From assembly GCA_026770705.1 (NCBI GenBank), contig JANJGN010000002.1, forward strand, positions 48,856,001-48,920,000: a stretch of 64,000 nt of DNA, read 5' to 3'. Positions 25,748 to 36,172 of the stretch are shown piece after piece. The position numbers and the translations under genes are program-made. Each line of letters opens with the position of its first letter. The first letter of the stretch is position 1. A model generated the notes under the pieces. The model saw only the letters and a list, made by a program, of their open reading frames with translations. It did no database searches and was not told the DNA's origin. The DNA is from Isurus oxyrinchus. Lineage: Eukaryota.

Positions 25748-26123
25748 AACTCAACATGTCAGTTCTGCCCAGAACTGAAAGAACTTCCACCACCTCAAAG
25801 GTCCAGAGAGTGCGTGGTCAAACAAAGTGAATCAGGTAAGTCAGTGCCCACTATTTTGGCTGTAGTTATGGTGTCTTCACTTTGCAACAATCTGCTGTGC
25901 ACAGCATACATGCAATGAAAGCCACACTACCATATGCAATGTGATAGAGCAATAAAGCAGACCATTGACATGCTGAAACAATATATATATTGCCCATACC
26001 ACTTTGGAGGAGCCCTACAGTACTCGGTAGAGCAGGTGTCAAGCTTCATGACAGTCTGCTGTATGCTGCTGAACTTTGCCAGCATGAGGGAATAGCCCTT
26101 GCAACCAGAAATACAGCAGCCAG

Positions 26124-26125
<2 letters not shown>

Positions 26126-26159
<34 letters not shown>

Positions 26160-26212
26160 CGGGGGTGGTGGTGGTGGTGGGGTGGGGGGGGGGTGTAGGG
26201 TTGGTGGGGAGG
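26126..26212 (+). repeat. G34 homopolymer plus (GGT)n G-rich tract
   Basis: Run of G at 26126-26159, then GGT repeats and further G runs. Confidence 0.95.
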
Positions 26213-27392
26213 CACACACATGAGAGGAGGAGGAGAAAGAAGAAGAGATGGAAGAAGAAGGGATGAAAGGAGGAGATAGTCTTTCTGCCTGGGCTGCCCA
26301 TGAGTTCATTCAAGTGCAATACCAGGATCCCAATTCATCGTTCATTAACAGTCCCATATTCTTACCCTCCTTCCTTCAATGAGCTTCACAGGATCCCCTT
26401 GGTCACAATGCAAAAATAAAATCTGTCACAAAATAAGCATTCCAAAGCAAATTTATAAATGAAGTCATGCCATATTGCATTCAAATGTTAACCACTGCCC
26501 CTTCGCTGTTCACTTAGTGCCTGTCTTCCATGTGCTTTGTCTGTCCTAATGCTATGCAGTGATACCCCAGAGGCTGCAGCATAGCTTGTGGAAAGCTGCT
26601 GACTTTCAATAGAGGAAACTGCAGATAGCCTTGGAGAATAACTTTGAGCAGCTCTGGCCCACTGGCTGTGAAGTACAGCAACTTTGCATGGGTGGCAGCA
26701 GTTTGGTTGGCTGATGAGCAACAGCATCACATGGGCAGAGTGGCATGGGCGGGAGGACTAATACTGTCATCCTGAGAAAGATAGCAAGTTCATTCTTCAT
26801 GAAGCCAATGCCACTCCCCTCAGGCAACACCTTAGTAATCCTACTAATCTATTGGAGGACAGAATTCTGGATGGCTGTGACACCCTGCAAACCTCTTTGA
26901 CACTAATCCTCAGCCATGGTGACAGCGGCCTGCACTTGCATGGCAGTAAGCTGACCTTGCATGACAACAGTCTGAGTTTTCACTGCAGCACTCAAACACT
27001 GGACGGCTGCTGTTTATGCAGCAATGTAAGATGCAACATTGGCCTTCCAACGCTATATCATGGTTGGGTCCAAAGGTGTGCAAATAGAGTTGGCCACCAA
27101 TTCCATGGCTCCAAACTCTGTGCAAGGCCCTTTGCCAAGCTGGTGTTGCACACCTCCATGATCCTCAACTTTGAATGTGGGCTTTCTGGCAGGCTTGCAC
27201 CAAACATTTTGTTGTGCGTAGTCATCAGCATTCTTCTGCAGGTTGCCTCATTGGAGTCCTCACCTCAATCCCCTGCATTGAAAGCTATGTGAGACCTCAC
27301 CCTCTGGCAAGCTGCCAATTGTGTTGTCCTTGTCCCTGCTTTGATTTGCAGCCCACTTGTGCCTGGTATCTCACCATATGCAGCCCCCACCT

Positions 27393-27722
27393 CTAAAGAT
27401 TCCTTGAAGGTATGTGCACTGTCAGTATTTGAGCTGGTGGCTGCAAATGTGAAAGTGAGCCTTGGCATTCAACATCAATGTCTTCTTGGTTGACCACTTG
27501 TGTGAGATCATTGAACTTTTTGCAACACTGCATCCAGGTTCTCAAAGCTTGATTCCTGGCATTGACCTCCTGGCATTGACCTCCATGACTATTTGCTCCC
27601 AATGCCTTTTGAGAGTGTGGATGGTGCATCCTTTCCTCATGTGCACACAAGACAACTTTCATCCTTTCCTCTCTCCGGAACAAAATCTTCAGTGTAGCAT
27701 CTGAAAACTTTGGAGACCCCAT
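27393..27722 (-). pseudogene. Harbinger Myb/SANT-like DNA-binding protein remnant
   Basis: ORF-track peptide with FSDA.L.IL ... VNA ... RTW.QC.KKFNDL, the MSANTD/NAIF1-like signature. Confidence 0.75.
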
Positions 27723-28224
27723 TTCCTCCTTGTTGTACCATTCCTCATTCGTTCTAGGTTAAATTGTCTTCAGCTATGACACCCAGCACTGCTCCAGCCA
27801 CAATGCACCTCCCCTTTAAAGCTGCAAGCTAGTTTTAGTAATGGTAGCTGTTCATGAGATTGATCCCCTGCTGATGCCTCCAGCCAAAGAACAGCATGGT
27901 TAACACTGGCTGGACCTAGAAATCATTGAACTGAGCATATAGCACAAAGTTGGCATGCTGCTTACACTGCAGGTGCGGTTGTATCAAGCTTCTTGATCTC
28001 CTCACCTATTTTAAGGGATTGTCCAACTTAGCCCCCAGTCCTTTTTTGATGATCCCTAACAAAATTTGGAAGAAGTGGAACGTTATGTCATTTGTATACT
28101 ATGTCATTCAATTACTTAACCAAGATATTCTGCCAAAGCCCCTCCAAGAAAGGATGAGCAAATGTGCATTTTAAGCGATTATAAATTGAAGATCAGGATT
28201 ATTAATAAAGAGAGGAAAAATCCT

Positions 28225-28335
28225 CAAAATCAAAGCACTTCACAGTCAATGATTTTTTTTTAAATTGTGAACACTGTTGCAAGGTAAGCAAACATGACAA
28301 CTACTTTCCACACAACAAGCTCGTACCATGAGATA
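28225..28335 (-). mobile_element. Deu-domain SINE 3' remnant
   Basis: caaagcacttcacagtcaatga...cactgttgcaaggtaagcaaacatgacaac...cacaacaagctc resembles the reverse complement of the DeuSINE (AmnSINE/SacSINE) 3' region. Confidence 0.45.
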
Positions 28336-28449
28336 AAGTTGACTATTGTAATCTGATACTACTAGAAAAGTTGTTAAAACTGTATTTATAATCATTTCTA
28401 TAATTTCTACTTGCTAAAAACCATCAGTAAGAAGTGATTCTGGCAGAAT

Positions 28450-28590
28450 CTCTGGAGAGAGTAATAGAATTTCCTAGCCCTCCCCATGGCAGGTTCTCAC
28501 ACGACTGGGCCAGCAAGCCATTGAAATCTCCATTCACATCAGCGGGACCAGAAGATCCTGCCAGCATGAGGGGCCAATGTTTTTGGTCGT
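28450..28590. mobile_element. Decayed short MITE related to 19968-20084
   Basis: Internal ccattgaaatctccattcacatcagcgggaccagaagatcctgcc resembles the reverse complement of the 19968 element's core. Confidence 0.4.
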
Positions 28591-28596
28591 GATGTA

Positions 28597-28730
28597 AGTT
28601 CTGATCAAAGGTCATGACCTGAAACATTAACTCTTGTTTCTCTCTCCACAGTTGCTGCCAGGCTTGCTGAGTATTTCCAACTGTTTCTGTCTTTATTTCA
28701 GATTTCCAGCATCTGCAGTGTTTTGCTTTT
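28597..28730 (+). mobile_element. Penelope-like pLTR fragment with decayed hammerhead at 28597-28632
   Basis: Reverse-complement homolog of 25644-25747 including the tail; AGTT-CTGATCA-AAGGTC-AT-GACCT-GAAAC-ATT-AACT. Confidence 0.75.
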
Positions 28731-30821
28731 GAAAAGATGTGATTAACTGATTGAACCACGTCTACTTCTCCACTAGGCTTCTGTTTCCTATCTGCCTCAA
28801 CATGGCATCTCCAACCGTATTAGGCCACCCTTCCTGTGCCCTTTTGCCATTTCTCTGTTAGCATGTTCAAACAAAATACATGAAACAAACTTACTAGCAT
28901 TGTTTCATTCTACCTGACCCAGGGCAAGTACAAAGATTTACAGGACAAAAAGAATTGAGGCTGTATAACCAGAGTAAAATCAATAAAAATATTTTAACAA
29001 AATTGGGAAAGGAAATTAGCATGTGGGGTGAGAATAGAAAGAATAGCCCACTATAGATTTGTAGGCACAACTTAAATATGCTTCAGCCTAATACTTATCT
29101 ATTAAATTAATGATGAAAAAATTAGTTTGGATCTTAAAAATGTAATGCAATTACAGGAGTCATCTTTCACACTGCTTAAATTGATATGCATGCAAGTAAA
29201 TATCTAAAATAATTGATAAACTGAATACATTTTGATATACCTCACAGACTACAAGATTGTAGAATGTTGATGTGATGTGAAGTCTATTTGAATTTTATAG
29301 AATTTATATTTACAGATGGTGCTGGAAGTAAGGAAGAAATAAACAATCAACTATGTAGTAATAGTGATCATATTGTGAACTGGTATACAGTAAAACTTTG
29401 TGATGGGAAATATAAGTTGTTCCACTTGATTTACAATAAAACTTAAACAAAGCACATGAACAGCTCTTGTAAGCTAAGGCATGAATTTTGTTTCCGGGTC
29501 AGGACCGCGGAGTCAGGGCATTTTCTGATGCTGCAAACCTGACCTGGGCAAAAGTGCCTCGGAAGTTGCAATTTTCATTCTGGGGTTGCAGGGTTCTCTG
29601 GGAGTCGGGCCAGGTGATTCCAGAATGAGACAGGAGACGAAATGGACGGAAGGCCTGCATTGGTGCACTGGCACTTTGTCAAAGATTTTTTCAAAAGCAT
29701 TTAAACAAAGAAAGGCCCTTCAGCCCTGACCTCTCATACCCCCTCAACACCCCACATATTCCCCATGCCCCATCCATGCCAACCCATGCCACCTCATGCC
29801 CCTCTACTCACTCTTCCATAATCCCTCATACCGTCCATGTCAACCTATGGCCCTCTCCCCACCCCCATGGCCCTTATAGTCCCATGCCAAGTTAGTGCCA
29901 ACTTAGTACCAAGCTTTGTCCCTTACCCACCACATTTTCCCTTACACCTGCCATGCCAACTCATCCAGTATCCATCATGGGAAAACCTCAGGAGCCAGGT
30001 TGAAGTTAAATAAGATAAAGTTCTAAGTGTCTATTGCACATTTTATTTTTTAAAATAACTCTCATTTGTAAAACCCATTCACTACATTTACATTCCTTCA
30101 GTTAAATAATGTCATAAAAATAAACATTTCACTCAAGTGCTTAGTCTCTTATAAAAACAAGCATTGGAATTCATTGTCCCACTTCTAAGAGTCTGTAACC
30201 AGCTGGAGCTGTCAATAAAACAGCGAAATGGAAGGCACCCCACTTTGATAATGGAAGGTTGTGAAATCAGTCATGCAGCACATATCCTGTAATGAAAGCC
30301 CTCAGACCTATGTCAATGGACAGTGTGGAATAGCAAGAATTTATAAAAAAAACTCCACAGTTTTTTTAAAGATTTAAAGAGCAGGAGTTTTAAATGCCTC
30401 GACAGCTTGAGAGGTGCTTTTGACAGTTCCTCTTGACAGTTCTTTTTGACAGCTCTCTCAACAGTTTCAATAAGTTTATGCACTTTTAACAATCCCAAAG
30501 ACACCTTGCCTCTTTGAAAGGGAACCTTACCTCTCTTAAAGGCATCCCGGGACCATATCCAAAGGGTAACCTACCTCTCCAAAAGGATACCCCACCTCTC
30601 CAAAGGACTACACAAAGTTTAGACCTGCTCCTACCAGGCCTAAACTGCACACACCATGTTCCCACACTTGGCTAGCAAAAGTCAAATGCTACTAGAGACA
30701 GCTGCTGTTTTATATAGGTAAAAACAAAAAAACTGCGGATGCTGGAAATCCAAAACAAAAACAAAAACAGAATTACCTGGAAAAACTCAGCAGGTCTGGC
30801 AGCATCGGCGGAGAAGAAAAG

Positions 30822-30860
30822 AGTTGACGTTTCGAGTCCTCATGACCCTTCGACAGAACT
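30822..30860 (-). ncRNA. Minimal type I hammerhead ribozyme motif (PLE type)
   Basis: Minus strand AGTT-CTGTCGA-A-GGGTC-ATGAG-GACTC-GAAAC-GTC-AACT: stem I AGTT/AACT, stem II GGGTC/GACTC, palindromic ACGT stem III, GUC site. The core has U in place of the usual A6. Confidence 0.65.
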
Positions 30861-31058
30861 TGAGTTCGAGTCCAAGAAAGAGTTGAAATACCTGCCACCA
30901 AACACAGCACCTACTATTTTCATAGGGATGGGAATGGACCTGGGTTGGGATTTGCATGTGAGCATTTCGCTAAGGCAACTACCCATATAAAACAAAAACA
31001 AAAACAGAATTACCTGGAAAAACTCAGCAGGTCTGGCAGCATCGGCGGAGAAGAAAAG

Positions 31059-31097
31059 AGTTGACGTTTCGAGTCCTCATGACCCTTCGACAGAACT
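31059..31097 (-). ncRNA. Minimal type I hammerhead ribozyme motif, identical tandem copy
   Basis: Identical to 30822-30860, offset by 237 nt. Confidence 0.65.
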
Positions 31098-31183
31098 TGA
31101 GTTCGAGTCCAAGAAAGAGTTGAAATATAAGCCACACACCTTAAACCAGCTTATATTTCAACTCTTTCTTGGACTTGAACTCA

Positions 31184-31222
31184 AGCTCTGTCGAAGGGTC
31201 ATGAGGACTCGAAACGTCAACT
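31184..31222 (+). ncRNA. Hammerhead motif in the inverted pLTR copy (stem I mismatch)
   Basis: AGCT-CTGTCGA-AGGGTC-ATGAG-GACTC-GAAAC-GTC-AACT. Confidence 0.55.
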
Positions 31223-31649
31223 CTTTTCTTCTCCGCCGATGCTGCCAGACCTGCTGAGTTTTTCCAGGTAATTCTGTTTTTGTTTTTGTTTTATATGGGT
31301 AGTTGCCTTAGCGAATGCTCACATGCAAATCCCAACCCAGGTCCATTCCCATCCCTGCGAAAATAGTAGTTGCTGTGTTTGGTGGCAGGACTTCCAGATT
31401 TCAGTCCTTTCTGCCATTTTCACAATGAAGAGGCTCTCCATTGTTATGAAAATTCAGGCCTCAGTTTCCACTGTTTATATAACCGGTGCTATGTAATTGG
31501 AAATCTAGATCTACAACCTTAAGCATTTATATATTTTTTAATAGCATGCATTTGTGTAAAACTCCAGAAAACCACTCTCAGTCAATATTTTTAATGTAGT
31601 GAAACTTCAGCTCAATCTAACATCTAGAATTAGTATCTTCCATGGGATA

Positions 31650-32362
31650 CCAAAATTATTAACCAGGAGTGGGTTGGGTGGGGGGGAGCATAAAATCAGT
31701 TGGGATGTCAGGGATGGCAATCCCTTTGCCTTCCTACTGCTGTCATTTTATCGAAGTGGAGGAAGCCTACCTGCCCTTAGGCCAATTGAGGCCCTTAAGT
31801 GCTCAAAGAAGAGTCACCCAATGGGCTCTTCCCACTGCCACTGGTATTACCAGCGGCAGGAAGATGGGGACTTCACCAGTTGGGGAGACCACCAAGTATA
31901 CCCAGCCAGCCTCCTTGCAGGCTCAGGGGTTGGGCTGTACTGGTTGGGCCCACGGAAGATCCCCAATCCACCCCCTTGCCCCCACAGTGGCAAGGGCTGT
32001 GCTCATTGAAAGATCCACCCCTCCTCCACATCCCATGACTGACCCCACCCCTTCACCAGAGTCTGCCTTATTGGCCTCAGCGAGTCCCACAAACTTACTT
32101 GTACCCTGGGGCCTTCACCATGGCGGATGGCCTGGGCCTGCTGCAGTACCTGCTGCTGCAGCTGGGTCTGAAGAGCTGCCAACCATCTGACTGGCAGGCA
32201 GTTCTTAGGGGTGGGACCTCAACCCTCAAAGGAGTGGAAACCCCGACTGCAGGCAGATTAATTGCTTGAGGATTGCCAGCCTGAGTTTCCATGTCTGAGG
32301 TGGCATTCTCTCCGACTTTCTGGCCAATAGATAGGACACTGCCACCCCGTAAAATCCTGGCC
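31650..32362. mobile_element. Harbinger-type MITE (~700 bp)
   Basis: GC-rich block ending GTAAAATCCTGGCC, with internal GGCCAATTGAGGCCCTTAAGTG; left boundary approximate. Confidence 0.55.
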
Positions 32363-34939
32363 AATTTGGCTGGTGCTGTAATTTCAAACTGAGTGGCTGT
32401 TCATGGCAACTGAACTTGAACTTTTTTTCTCTCTGTTTCATCAAGCTGTAGCACTTATTCAGTTATTTCTGTGTGGAATGAAATGCCTGAATATAAACCC
32501 TACTTATGCAACAATTAGAAGTAAACCACATGGATGGAACCCTTGCCATCTTGTGCTGGCATGAAAGCTACTTTCTTATTTGCACACAGACACCTACAAA
32601 CACACATGTTTAAGGAGTAGATTCTTTCTCTGTTGTCCAGAAGGAAGAAAGGTTATGAAAGCATTGGTTTTAATTGTTAGTTTGTATTTAGCCTAGATAC
32701 TGTGCATCTATGCTTTTATCTTGACCAAGATTTGGCAGCGTAGAGATGGGAGTTCTAAGAGCCCCATTACGAATTTACACTTTCAACAGGGGCCACTTCA
32801 TTGAGATAAGTATCAGGAGTGGACCTTCTGAAACCGAATTAGATGGCAAAATTCTTCACAATCCGAAATACAGTAATAGCAACATTTTGCAATGACAAAC
32901 TTGATGGGACTTGGAAAGAAAAAACAATTGCATATAACTGCAAAAAAGGAATTAATTCTAATTTTGTACCAAAACCTAAGATGTTGCCCATTGTTTCATG
33001 CACCAGTTAACAAGGGGGCCCAGCTTTTTTTTTAGTGATAGCACTAGGCTGAGTTGCAGCATGTAGTCTAGTACAAACATACCTGAGTGTCATTAGAATT
33101 AATGTTACTGCTCATGATGTTAAGACCCCAGCCATTTTGGAAGACACATGTTTTGAGACATTTTGTCAAGTTGTTTTCTACCAGTACCTTTATAACTCTA
33201 ATATTTTAATATTTGTCAGCCATGAGGATATGTGCTGTTATGAATGATGCGTGAAGTTATTCACTTTGATGTAATTGCCAAACAAATTTTTTTGCGAACA
33301 AAAACCCTTATACATTAAACTAGCACATTTTATTTGTCAATCAAATGTGTGTATAAAAAAAATCCCAGTCTTGCCTGTGGTGCAAGGAGGAATCTATGTC
33401 TTCCTGTGCTTTGTCACTTACATAAGATAGGAAGTTAGAGCATCAATGCCAATTGAGTGGATCAATTAGCATTGTACTGAAACTGATGCAAAATGACATA
33501 AAATCAGAACTAGTGTTAAAGGCTGTGCATTTTATATTTTATATATATATGTACATTATGCATTTTCATCATGGCTTATAGTGAAATACTGTTGATAAAT
33601 GTACATTATGAATTACTCAGAGCTGAACTGATTCATGTTGTAAGTAATGCAGTGGTTCTGCCACTTATAAGAATGAGATTTTAGATCTTTTATGGCAGAA
33701 TTTGAACAGCTTTATTTAGAAATCTTCTCAAAGCTAGTCACTGATCTAGAATTTGAACATTGCATTTTTTAAAAGTAAATAAACAATAACTCAAATTTGC
33801 TTTTGAGGCATTTGTTCTAGCAGATGGCCTTCTTCAGATTTAAGATGCTTTACAGATGGGAGTCGCAGCAGCCTGCTCTGCCACAGCTACCTCTGTAGGT
33901 TGATAGATGGGTATAAATCTCAACAATCCTTTCTTGACAACCAATTTATAGAATCTGATCTGGTTAAAGACATGTCTTTCATACTCGAGCCACAGGAAAT
34001 AGGCTTTTTTTTACAGTCTTGTTATATCCCATCAGCTTCCCCTCTTAATGAAATAAGCTTTAATTACACTCTTGTTCCATCTCTCTGTGACCCCTTTAAA
34101 TGTACATGTGTGAGAAGACCCCAGTATTTCCCCCCCTACATGAATTCATTAGGAACCCTGATGGTTCTTAGTCTGACTGACATCTTTATTACTAAATCCA
34201 AGTGTATAAAATCACCTTGTCACAGTGTCATCATAAAAAAAAGCGAAGGTGGTTACCGTGGAGTATCTGAAACGGGACCTGGGACAATCAGTGTATAAAG
34301 TCGGTTTCTTAATGGCAGTAAAATCAAATGTGCCAACAACTCCACGACTCCCTGCTGTTAGCTGACAGCATGGTGCAAGATGCTAGGGCTAAACATTCAG
34401 TTAAACAGTGATTGTGATGAAATGCCACTCTATGCTTAGCACAAAAACTGAACAGGTGTAGAGCCTGGCTTTTTTTTTGCAGGCTGCAGGAGTATGACAG
34501 TGAAACACATCCTGTGCATTTTATTTCTGAGGTAAGTGGAGTGTAAATGAAACTCTACACTAGACTGTGCAGTAAGTTGTATGCGCATTTATTGAAATCT
34601 ACTGCACAATTAGTCAATTTTAGGGAAAAACATTTTTTTTTCAAGATCTGCGAGAAAAGATCTATTTGAATTTAATGGGAAAGTATTTAATGGGGAAATG
34701 CTTTTTTTTAATTAGAGGCCATTTTCCCAGATACCAATTGATTGCCAACAATCTTTGTTTAATGAGGACAACTGGATATAAGGGACAATTGCACTTTTAT
34801 TAGCGTATCCCTTTAAATAGGTGTTGCCACAGGCTTGAAATCTGTGTTTTTACAGCTTTTAGCACAAGAAACAAATAGCAGAGGTTAAAGTATCATTACC
34901 AATGTAAAAGTATATTTCCTGTCTTTTTTTGCTGACATG

Positions 34940-36172
34940 GTGTGGAATCGTCCCAGTTTTGCACTAAGTGTGGTAGCGGGCGAGAAAAGACATTTTACCT
35001 GCCAGCTGCAATGGCGGATTTTCACACCGTATCGCCCCCTTCCCACCTCATTAATTATGCAGCCACAGGAAACACGCTGTCTCGCTTGCAGGCGGCTGCC
35101 GATTTGCCCGTCACACCGTTACCTCGCTGCTTCCTCATGCCATGCACGCATTTCTCAATGCCTGCAGCCCAGGACTGCTGGATGAAGACATGGCCCCAAA
35201 AGCCGAGAAGAGTGCAGCCCCACGATTCGGTGATGCATCCCTGGGACGCCTTCTGGACACTGTGGAGGCCCGCCGCAATGCCCTCTACCTTTGCTCTGGC
35301 TGCAGAAGGCCCACCACTCCGGCTTGGGAGGCAGTGGCAGAGGTGGTCAGTGCCAACACTGTACACAAGAGGTCGGCCATCCAGTGCAGATACATATGAA
35401 TGATCTCACCTGTGCCACCAGGATAAGGCAACCATCTCATCATTCTAAACTCACACACTCAAGGCCAACACACATTCACTGCCATCTCACTCACTGCCAG
35501 CTGAAAGGACATCACCACTCACTCTCTCACACACACCCTCACATCACATTCTGGCCTCACCTCTGGAGACTTCCTCCTCAGCCCTCACCATCATGAGACC
35601 ACTTGCACAGATCAACATGTGCCCCCACACATACACAGGGGCACCTTCCTTCCCCAGTACAGCCCTTGCCCTGCAGCCTCTTCTCTTGCCTGAGGTCATT
35701 TTTCCCCCTAGCCCTGCAGCCATTGAAAAGCCACCTCTGCATGATGGCTGGTCTGGTAGGTAGAGACCTGTCCATGAGCTCCCCTAAAAGTGATGTAGTG
35801 CTGCCTGCGGAGCCTGGTGCTGATGATAAGTCCTCCTGAAGCAAGGTAGGGAAACAAACCTTGAAGTCCCGAGTGAAGTCTAGCTCATCAGGTGCATGTT
35901 GATCATGTACAGTTGTGAAACGCTCTGATGTGCCCGGTTGATCCAGCTTGGGCGGTGATCCCTGCAAGCAGGACTTAAAATGAAATGCTAAAGTATTAAA
36001 ATTAGGTTCCTGATGTGCAGCGGCGGGAAACACAGCCCACCATTGACGGGTGGAGCGGACAATTGCAAACTGGTTTCACAATGGCGTAGACCTAATTATT
36101 GGCCTTTTCGCCATATTGTTTGCTCACGCCCACCATGACATCCGCCACCAACAGGACCAGACAATTCCAGCC
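34940..36172 (+). mobile_element. Internally deleted Harbinger element retaining a Myb/SANT exon
   Basis: TIRs GTGTGGAATCGTC / GACAATTCCAGCC (10/13), ATG on both flanks. ORF MAPKAEKSAAPRFGDASLGRLLDTVEARRNALY...PAWEAVAEVVSANTVHKRSAIQCR...MNDL is a Myb/SANT-like domain. Confidence 0.8.

Larger units (their letters stand above)
25575..26270 (+). pseudogene. Harbinger DDE transposase remnant
   Basis: HARBI1-like motifs broken by stops, frameshifts, a Penelope fragment and a poly-G tract. Confidence 0.75.
24685..28036. mobile_element. Decayed PIF/Harbinger transposon copy 1 (transposase on +, Myb/SANT gene on -)
   Basis: Plus strand has RFPMMQGTIQCTHMALQEP (~25575) and GGALQYSVEQVSSFMTVCCMLLN (~26005), which are HARBI1-like DDE motifs, then an acidic tail. 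Minus strand has PKFSDATLKIL...VNARNQALRTWMQCCKKFNDLT (27393-27722), a Myb/SANT-like trihelix. The right end is GTCCAACTTAGCCCC; the left boundary is approximate. Confidence 0.85.
30721..31292. mobile_element. Young Penelope-like terminal-repeat (pLTR) insertion with two direct and one inverted copy
   Basis: Three copies of aaaacaaaaacagaattacctggaaaaactcagcagg...cagaacttgagttcgagtccaagaaagagttgaaata at 30752-30890, 30989-31132 and inverted 31133-31292. The ~30-nt tail is present only on the first. Target duplication tgttttatat(a/g)ggta at 30706-30720 and 31287-31301. Inverted pLTRs, a one-sided tail and hammerheads are PLE hallmarks. Confidence 0.8.
29478..31460. mobile_element. Non-autonomous Harbinger-type element, copy 2, interrupted by a Penelope insertion
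   Basis: TIRs GGCATGAATTTTG / GAAAATTCAGGCC (11/13), flanks TAA / TCA (3-bp TSD with one mismatch); homologous to 4006-5548. Confidence 0.8.

Noticed and set aside
24994-25918. 188-aa and 127-aa ORFs as a domesticated HARBI1-like gene
   Set aside because: Catalytic motifs are mutated, frames shift and a Penelope fragment interrupts the sequence.
25927-26319. Poly-Pro and poly-Gly ORFs
   Set aside because: Artefacts of the G homopolymer inside a dead transposon.
30721-31292. Repeat-spacer-repeat pattern superficially like a CRISPR array
   Set aside because: Repeats are ~140 nt, one is inverted, the DNA is eukaryotic and there are no cas genes; they are Penelope pLTRs.
31599-32444. Cluster of overlapping 70-170 aa ORFs
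   Set aside because: GC-rich MITE interior with few stop codons; no recognisable domain or splice structure.
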